A stretch of DNA of 61,444 nucleotides, filler included, from Choristocarpus tenellus KU-1152 (Eukaryota > Protista > Phaeophyceae): the NCBI GenBank assembly GCA_964200185.2. It is 11 parts of 11 records of this genome, joined end to end, with 100 filler letters (N's around TTAATTAATTAA, not from the genome) between each part and the next. Parts side by side here need not be neighbours in the genome. Positions count along the whole stretch, not along the records: positions 48,153 to 52,256 come from CAXNAD020016191.1; positions 52,357 to 57,885 come from CAXNAD020010511.1; positions 57,986 to 61,444 come from CAXNAD020019898.1; 8 more parts are not named here. One strand, given 5' to 3'. The position numbers and the translations under genes are program-made. Of the stretch, positions 51,401 to 61,444 are shown piece by piece (positions within the stretch are counted from its first letter, which is position 1; each line of letters begins with the position of its first letter). A model generated the notes under the pieces. The model did no database searches. It saw only the letters and a program-made list of their open reading frames with translations, and was not told the origin of the DNA.

Positions 51401-52182
51401 ATTTCAAAGGGAACAAAAGGGCTAAGGGTTAAGGAAGGAGAGACCGGTGGCGAAGGAAACTGGCAACAAACATGACTGCTTGTTAATATACTGAAGAGGT
51501 TATTCAAGGTTATTCAAGAAGGGAGGAATTAGTTGCTTTCCCCGCCATGAACCAGAGATCAGATAGATTGGACATATCATGGAAGATGGTGAGAGGGTTT
51601 TTGTTAAGGAAATATACTTCCTAAGAGATGGAGTGAAAGGAGATGCTGTTGTCAGACATACATTTCTTGAACAGCAGGGCCACCCTAGGTCAACCAAAAA
51701 ATATTTCTTGCTTACACAACCCAGGCTAAGGTAAAGAAAGCTAACCAACAAAAACTCTCTGTTTTCTACTTGCTCCCATGCAACGCCCACCCAGAGCAAT
51801 TTTTTGCTTACAAATCACGACCCTTCACAAGCAGAGTGTCGATGTTACTCACCTCCTGACCTTCCCATCCCTTCTGTGAGGAGATCAGAATTGACCCAGC
51901 ATCGATAGCATATGTTTTCACCTCCAGCCCCCCTAGGCTTGCCAACTGCAAGGTGCAGACATAGATCAGAAGGAACACAAAAAATGATGTTGAGCATCAT
52001 AGGTGGAGTATTGGGTAGAAGCAAGTATATATGCGACCCGAAGCAGCAGAGTGATACTGGTAGCATTGTTGTAAGAACAGGGCAGTTTTTTGGTCCAAGA
52101 TATTGCTGTGCATGGCAATTGATTTATTGGCTGTTTGGCTCGTAGGACAAAGGTGATGGACTCCTGCTCCCACCCACATTGG

Positions 52183-52256
52183 GGTTCATAGTATTTGGGG
52201 GGCGTGGCGGCTGTCCATTCAGGGCCCAATTTTTTCATGTCGCAATTTTTGGGTGA
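52183..52256 (-). mobile_element. MITE family B, partial
   Basis: ggcggctgtccatt...tttttcatgtcgcaatttttgggtga; cut by contig end. Confidence 0.85.
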
Positions 52257-52356
52257 NNNNNNNNNNNNNNNNNNNNNNNNNNNNNNNNNNNNNNNNNNNN
52301 TTAATTAATTAANNNNNNNNNNNNNNNNNNNNNNNNNNNNNNNNNNNNNNNNNNNN

Positions 52357-52560
52357 GTCATCCTCATGTGGAAATACCCTAACCCTTTCCCCATCAGCCA
52401 TCACGTAAAACCAGGTTTCATCCACAGGGATTGTGTTTACCATGGATACTTTGGCATATCGCTTCTGGTAGGGCCCTTCAACATCTGGGGGACCATTTCT
52501 GGTTGTGACATGCAGAGAGTAGTCGGCAGCCAATCGGTGGCTATACATGCTTGCAGTCGT
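52357..52560 (-). pseudogene. mariner-type (DD39D-like) transposase fragment
   Basis: MVNTIPVDETWFYVMADGERVRVFP matches the HvDEKWFY first catalytic-D motif; related to 1460-2060. Confidence 0.75.
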
Positions 52561-53129
52561 CAATTAAAAACATTGATAACGCTTGCAGCTAAAGATTTCA
52601 GATGGCAATAATAGACAACCTGAATACCGTCAAACATAAAAAAAAATGTGGATGACAACTGGCAACCTCTGTAACTTGAATCACTTGTTTGGTTCATGAC
52701 AACAAAATAGATTATACTACATACTACCCCCTGACACATCTACAAAATGTCAGAGGATATAACAATTAAAACACTAAATACTACTCCAAGCCACCAAGGT
52801 GTATCTATTAAATTGCCGGGACTGAAATAGTTACACTTTGGGTCGAACATTAATGAAATGACATTACATGTTGTGTGATGGCAGAACATATATGTGACTA
52901 CTTGCACAGTGAAGGGCATCTGAAAATAACAAGGAAAGGATAGGAACACCAGCATTGCTATCTTAAATCACCATCATACAACAATTGAAACAGAAACAGA
53001 GCATGACGGAATGAAATACTGGGAGAAACTATTGTCCAAGTGAGTGATTCCAGCCGACAATATAGACAAAGCAGTCACCGCTAGTATCTGTGCTACTCAT
53101 TAGTATCAGCAAGTTCTTATTGATATATT

Positions 53130-56100
53130 ACCTGAGGTTGTTACGATGGAGATCGCCTTCCGACATTTCTCCAGGTGGGCTTATAAAGCCAAAGGTGCCA
53201 ACAAAGGACACAACCCATTCACCGATATCCAGTTGGATTGTGGGAGTGGAGGAAGAACCAGTAAACGGTGTAACAATTTATAATTGTTTTTCTTACCAAC
53301 AATCGTCCAAGGGGAAAGCACATCGCCCAGCATTGCAAATCTGTGGTTCAGAAAGAAACACAACTGGGTGCGTAACTCGCTGGAATGCTTCCTGAATTGA
53401 TGTAATAAAAGACTGCCCAGGTACAAAAAAAAGTGAAGATCTAGCGTAGTGGTGTACTCATTAAATAATTCCGCACGAATTTGTTCCACAAAATCGAGGA
53501 TTGACCCCAACTTAAAGCTCCAATCCAACAGAAGGGGTCCTATGACACCACTTCGGGGTGTGTCAAGCCGTAACATTTGTTGTGCTTCTAGTACCATTTA
53601 CGAACCTTGTGGAGCATAACAATGAGGAACTAACTTGTGACACACTCACATTAGTGTGAGGTTGGGGGCTTAATAGGTTCTGTTTAGTGAATAGGGTCTA
53701 TCCAGTTTGCAAGGTCTGCTTCGCAGAATGATACATTTTAGCTGAGACGTACATGTAGACTTTTGCCTCAGAAAATTATATCTTAAGAGTATCGCAGAAG
53801 TAGGTCAGAGTTTGCTTCTTCACTCTTCCCTTTGGCTCCATTTCAATCTAGGATATGACAAACCTTGAAATTGACACGTTTGCTATTGAGGGACATAATG
53901 TGTCTCTAGTGGTGTTCCTCTTCTGTTTCTTTCTGGCTGTAACTTCATTATGTTGAAGAGTGAAAGTATCTTTGAGGGTACGAGTTTTGCCCTTTTATTC
54001 ATTTTGGGACTTGGCCTTCCCACGATTTTCTTATGATATTTTCCTACTCCGAAATGTTTCAGAGTAAGAAAATGTCTAGGTTATGGAAAGGCGTGTCCGC
54101 AACAAGAATATTGACACTTCCTAACAAACACGATAGCAAAAATTACATCAAAATCGCAACATTGGGTTTTGGACCCCAAATGGATGCGGCTCTACCCTTT
54201 AAGATATATTACTCAGAAACTAGTGGTTTCCGTTTATCTTTCTATCTCGGTGCCTGTCTGTCTATATCAGTGTTTGTGCGTTACTAGTACCAGCTCTTGT
54301 CCTGGCTGCTCCACAAGTGTGCATTGTTGAGGGGAAAAGAAAATTTCAAGTGCAATAAAACGAATAAAATAATCCAGAGAAATAGAACTTCGCATCACAG
54401 ATGTGTCTCGCGTGTCAGGGTGCAGTAATCCCACTACTAATCGCTCTGCCTCCTCCCTTGAATCTTGTGCTGGACCCATCTTAGTGTTCTCCCTAATGAA
54501 GCCCTGCCACACCGTTGTTTGTATTTCCCGTGTTTTTGTGGTAAGCGAACGATAGAACAGTACAGGCGTAAATCCATAGTGCTTGTTAAGTAGACTTGGA
54601 TCATTGAAACCAGATTTCCCTGAAAAGAAAACCTAGCATCGTTGGGATTCGGCTGTATCCACCAACCACTTGAGGTACAATTGGCCTGGCTCGAACCAGT
54701 CCCATTAGCAGCCCATCAATGTAGGCCTCTCTCCTCCATATATAGATCAGATTCAAAGTAGACGAGAGATTCCGAGGGCTGCGTTCCAAGGATGCTGACA
54801 ATTATGCAAAATTTAGGAATTTTTACCAATGCATATAGGAAATTTTCTAAATTATGTGGAGATATATTAAACAATAAAGAAATCAGCAGTATCAAGTAAA
54901 ATCTTGGCACTTCAACCACGGAAACAAGGATGGATTGTCAAAGATGAAAAAGATGGCTTAAAATGTAGAACGACCAAAACCTCAGTACCTCTTATTTACT
55001 TTGGCTTTCATCAGGTTGTCTCACCGGACCTCGTTTGTTCATATCAGAGTATAATGGCTCTCGTTATGTTGTATTTGCTCACACGAATCGCCTGCACCAC
55101 CCACTCTATCTGTTGACTCTGCCTTGCGCTGGCTCTGACCCAAAGCATTTCAGAGGGGTAGGATCCCGAGTGCATTCGGGATCATAAATCCAATGCTGCG
55201 ATTTTGATGAATTTTGGCTATGGTGTTTGTTAGCAAGTATCAATATCCTTGCTTCGGACATAATTTCATAGTCGATACATTTTAGACAACTTATGCTCAA
55301 ACAGAATACCGAAAAAGGGCATCGAAACCCATGGTAAGCCAAGCCCCGAGTGGACAAACAGGGCAAAACTCCTACCCTCTTAAATGCTTTGATTCTTTAT
55401 CCAGGTCTATGTTACTACCCTGTATACAATCCTTGTGCAAGCAGCTTTCTTCATCTTCGATCTTGCACGTCTCATCACTGTCCCACTTACTGTGAGTTCT
55501 AAGAATGAAAATACTCCGAAGAGCACCATTCTTGGAATATGAATATGAACAAAATACTAACCCTAACGAGCCAAAGTATCTTAGAGGGTAGAGCCGCGTC
55601 CATTTGGGGGCCAGAATCCAATGTTGTGATTTCAATGTAATTTTAGCTATCTGTTTGTTACGAAGTGTCAACATCCTTGTTCCGGACACACCTTTTCATA
55701 AGTTACACATTTTACCTACTCCGAAACATTTTGAAGTAGGAAAAAGTCAGAAAAAAAAACATGGGAAGCCAAGCCCCAAACGGACAAACAGGGCAAAACT
55801 CCTACCCTCTAATATACTTCCAGGGTTCCCCAACCCTAACCCTAACCCTCATACAACAACCCTAGTGCTTTATTAATTAGTACACATTTTTTATGGCAGG
55901 TGTTCACCCAAGATGCCCAAGAGCTGCGAGGCAGTCACACACAAGTGTTACAGAGAGAGTCCCAAGAACAGAGAATCGCATAGAGCTTGGAATAAGAGCT
56001 GCGGGGTCTTGATATTGTGGGTTACAACATGCTGAGCACTATGTATCACGGAACACAGAGGTATGCACACTACAGTAAGATGCATCTGTGCCATTGACTC

Positions 56101-57810
56101 TCTCTATCTTGAGTGCCGAGAACACGCCAGCTGCGCCCCACATTCTTGGTTCTCACACTTCCTGCCTCTCTTGTACGTGCACATGTTGCAAACAGGATAT
56201 CCACATCTATTCGCATTACCAATGTGATTCTTGTTTCAGATAAAAGGCAACGACCGTTAAATTGTATGCAAGGCATTGATTTCTTATTTCTCATGTATTT
56301 TGATACAGGTACTACTATTATTAATGGAGTCAATAAAGAATTTATTGTTGTAATCGTGTTCATTGTATTTCCTGCCTAGTACGCTGCTTCATTTTTTGAC
56401 AATCTCTATGTGTAAAATGTTAGTCGTTGCCAGACAATTATTGTGAACTATATATGGAAAATATATGCATACAGCATAGTGGTGGGGCAGTGCTCCAATA
56501 AGAGTGAAAGATATGCACATGAGAAAATTTCAGCACAGGGCAAATACTTTGGGAAAAACTGACAATAGAATGTCGAATATTCGTAATCCCCCTCTCAATT
56601 TTGGATGTGGATTATGTTTGGTATGATACGCAACATGCAGTTAAAAGTGTTTGAAATATACTCCTTACTTGTAGTGCAAATGGATCACCCTCTACATGAT
56701 GTGTGAGTAACTGCTCAATTACCTAATTGGGATGTTGCATGTGTGGAACTGGAGACAATGTACCAGTGGATTAGGGGCTAAGGGGGTCTCAACTGACTCA
56801 TATAAATCTTTCTTCCCTTCTTCACTGGCTTCATAGTGTATATCTACGAGTAGTTTCAGCTACATTTGTACAATTAGATTTCTTGTTTTCAAATACTCTA
56901 CAACCCTTGGTGGGGTGTATTTGATGGACCTCTGAATGAACCAAAGCATCTTAGAGGGTAGAGCCGCGTCCATTTAGGGGCCAAAATCCAATGTTGCGAT
57001 TTTGATGTAATTTTGGTTATCCTGTTTGTTAGGAAGCATCAATATCCTTGTTCCGGACACCTTTTCATGACATACACATTTTACCTACTCCGAAACATTT
57101 TGGAGTAGGAAAATGTCATAAGAATACCCCATGGGAAGCCAAACCCCAAATGGACAAACAGGGCAAATCTCCTACCCTCTAAGATACTTTTACTCAATAG
57201 ATGTGTGGTTTTTGTTGTATCATTACACTGTGTCCCTCTTTGTACATACTCTAGTGGGTTAGAGGCTAAGGGGCCTCAACTGGCTCATTTATTTTTTTCT
57301 CCGCTTCTTCACAGGCTTCATAGTGTCTATCTAAGAGTAGTTTCAGCAACAATTGTTTGGTGGAATATCTGATGGACCTCTGAATTAGGTAATGTGTAGT
57401 TTTTGTTTTATCATACATTTTGTCTTTCTTTGTACAGACTCTAACGGTGTTGTGTTTGCTGTTTCTTCACTGGATGTTGATTCTTTTTCATACAAGACAA
57501 CCTCCACTGTGCAAAATCTCAGTGGACACAAGTACTGCAACATATTAGCGGTGTTGAGCAGTTGGGTTCACGGTTGTGCACCACCTACAAATCACGGCAT
57601 GTGCCAGTATTTCCGTGGTAGAATACGTGATCGCCATTCCCGTGGCCTGAGTTCAACTTGTGGGTGACCCTGCAACTCGAGGTATTCTCTACGTTCTCGT
57701 TAAACATACACATTCGCGTACAAATACCCTACCTATGCCACAGAAGAGGAACGAAAAAGTGCAGGAAGGCCTGGTGCTGCTTGGAAACCATGTCAACAGA
57801 ATCAGCCATC
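53130..57810 (-). CDS. Possible multi-exon gene of unknown function
   Basis: Several AG...GT-bounded open segments (about 53135-53180, 53297-53392, 54668-54795, 55419-55498); I could not build a phase-consistent model. Confidence 0.25.
53958..54214 (-). mobile_element. MITE family A, full copy
   Basis: TIRs; flanks tgaa/agaa. Confidence 0.93.
55137..55395 (+). mobile_element. MITE family A, old diverged copy
   Basis: Collinear with consensus but many substitutions. Confidence 0.85.
55568..55822 (+). mobile_element. MITE family A copy flanked by CCCTAA repeats
   Basis: Left TIR intact, last bases of right TIR altered. Confidence 0.93.
56938..57195 (+). mobile_element. MITE family A, full copy inside a local tandem duplication
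   Basis: TIRs; flanks aat/aat; 56765-56937 is duplicated at 57254-57385. Confidence 0.95.
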
Positions 57811-58438
57811 CATATTACTAACTAACAGTGGATTCGCAAAATTGAGGATGGAGCGGGACTATGAGGATGGTTGTTCTGCGAAAACNNNNNNNNNNNNNNN
57901 NNNNNNNNNNNNNNNNNNNNNNNNNNNNNTTAATTAATTAANNNNNNNNNNNNNNNNNNNNNNNNNNNNNNNNNNNNNNNNNNNNGGGGGGGGGGGTATT
58001 TTGGTCATTTTGAGTTTCAAGGGTTTTTTTGAAATTTGTTCTTTGAAGAATGGTGAAGACATTTGAAAAAGGGTGCATTGATAGGGATAGCTAGCTTCAG
58101 CAAACTGATTGCATTCACAAAAACAGCCGTAAAGGTACTTGCTCCACAGCTGGGGACTGTTCTGTGCTTCAAAAATATGTGTCACGAGAGAGCCATAGAG
58201 AGACGATTTGAAACTCATTGCCTCCCCCCTCTCGATTAAATTTATCTCTTTTTTTATGTTTTTGTACTTGGCACCTCTGCCCCTGCCCCCCTCTCCGAAT
58301 TGTATCCTCACAAGCACGTGGAATTATTGTTGTTTGGATCCCCCTCCCCCCCCCCCCACCCTTTGCCCACAAACACACACACACACACACACCTAGCCCT
58401 AACCCCAACCCTAACCCTAACCCTAACCCTAACACTAG

Positions 58439-61294
<2,856 letters not shown>

Positions 61295-61444
61295 TAGGAA
61301 GGTTTGAGCAGAACAAGTGTGTGTTCATTACAGGAAATGAGGGTTGCTACGGTGTTCAACATATAAGAGAGTTTGTGTAAGGTAAGGCAGGCATTGACGT
61401 ACTATACTATATTTGAACATATCCTAAGGTGTGGAACCCCTGCC

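Overview
This is eukaryotic nuclear DNA, most likely from a brown alga or a close stramenopile relative. That call is an inference from long GT-AG introns, CCCTAA repeats, a bipartite plastid-targeting peptide and the TE types. The window is not contiguous: 11 short contigs are joined by an artificial 100-bp linker (44 N + TTAATTAATTAA + 44 N), so nothing can be inferred across linkers. Host genes were rebuilt by hand from splice sites. They are a plastid-targeted POTRA/Omp85-like gene head-to-head with a TPR gene, a spinster-like MFS transporter, a second TPR gene with non-canonical splice sites, an N-acylated CDPK/CAMK-type kinase, an ABCC transporter 3' end, a high-MW thioredoxin reductase and tRNA-Ala(AGC). 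The rest is a dense TE landscape. The dominant signal is a pair of MITE families (about 258 bp and about 172 bp, about 25 copies or fragments) that share a GRGYCAAAGTATCT terminus and have 4-bp (sometimes apparently 3-bp) TSDs, which is Sola2-like. Also present are a pogo deletion derivative that fuses a Zn finger to a PCNA-binding PIP box, and remnants of mariner, copia, DIRS/Ngaro, CRE-type and RTE-type elements. Most ORFs in the supplied track are spurious. I found no definite novel system; the best candidates are ranked in findings.
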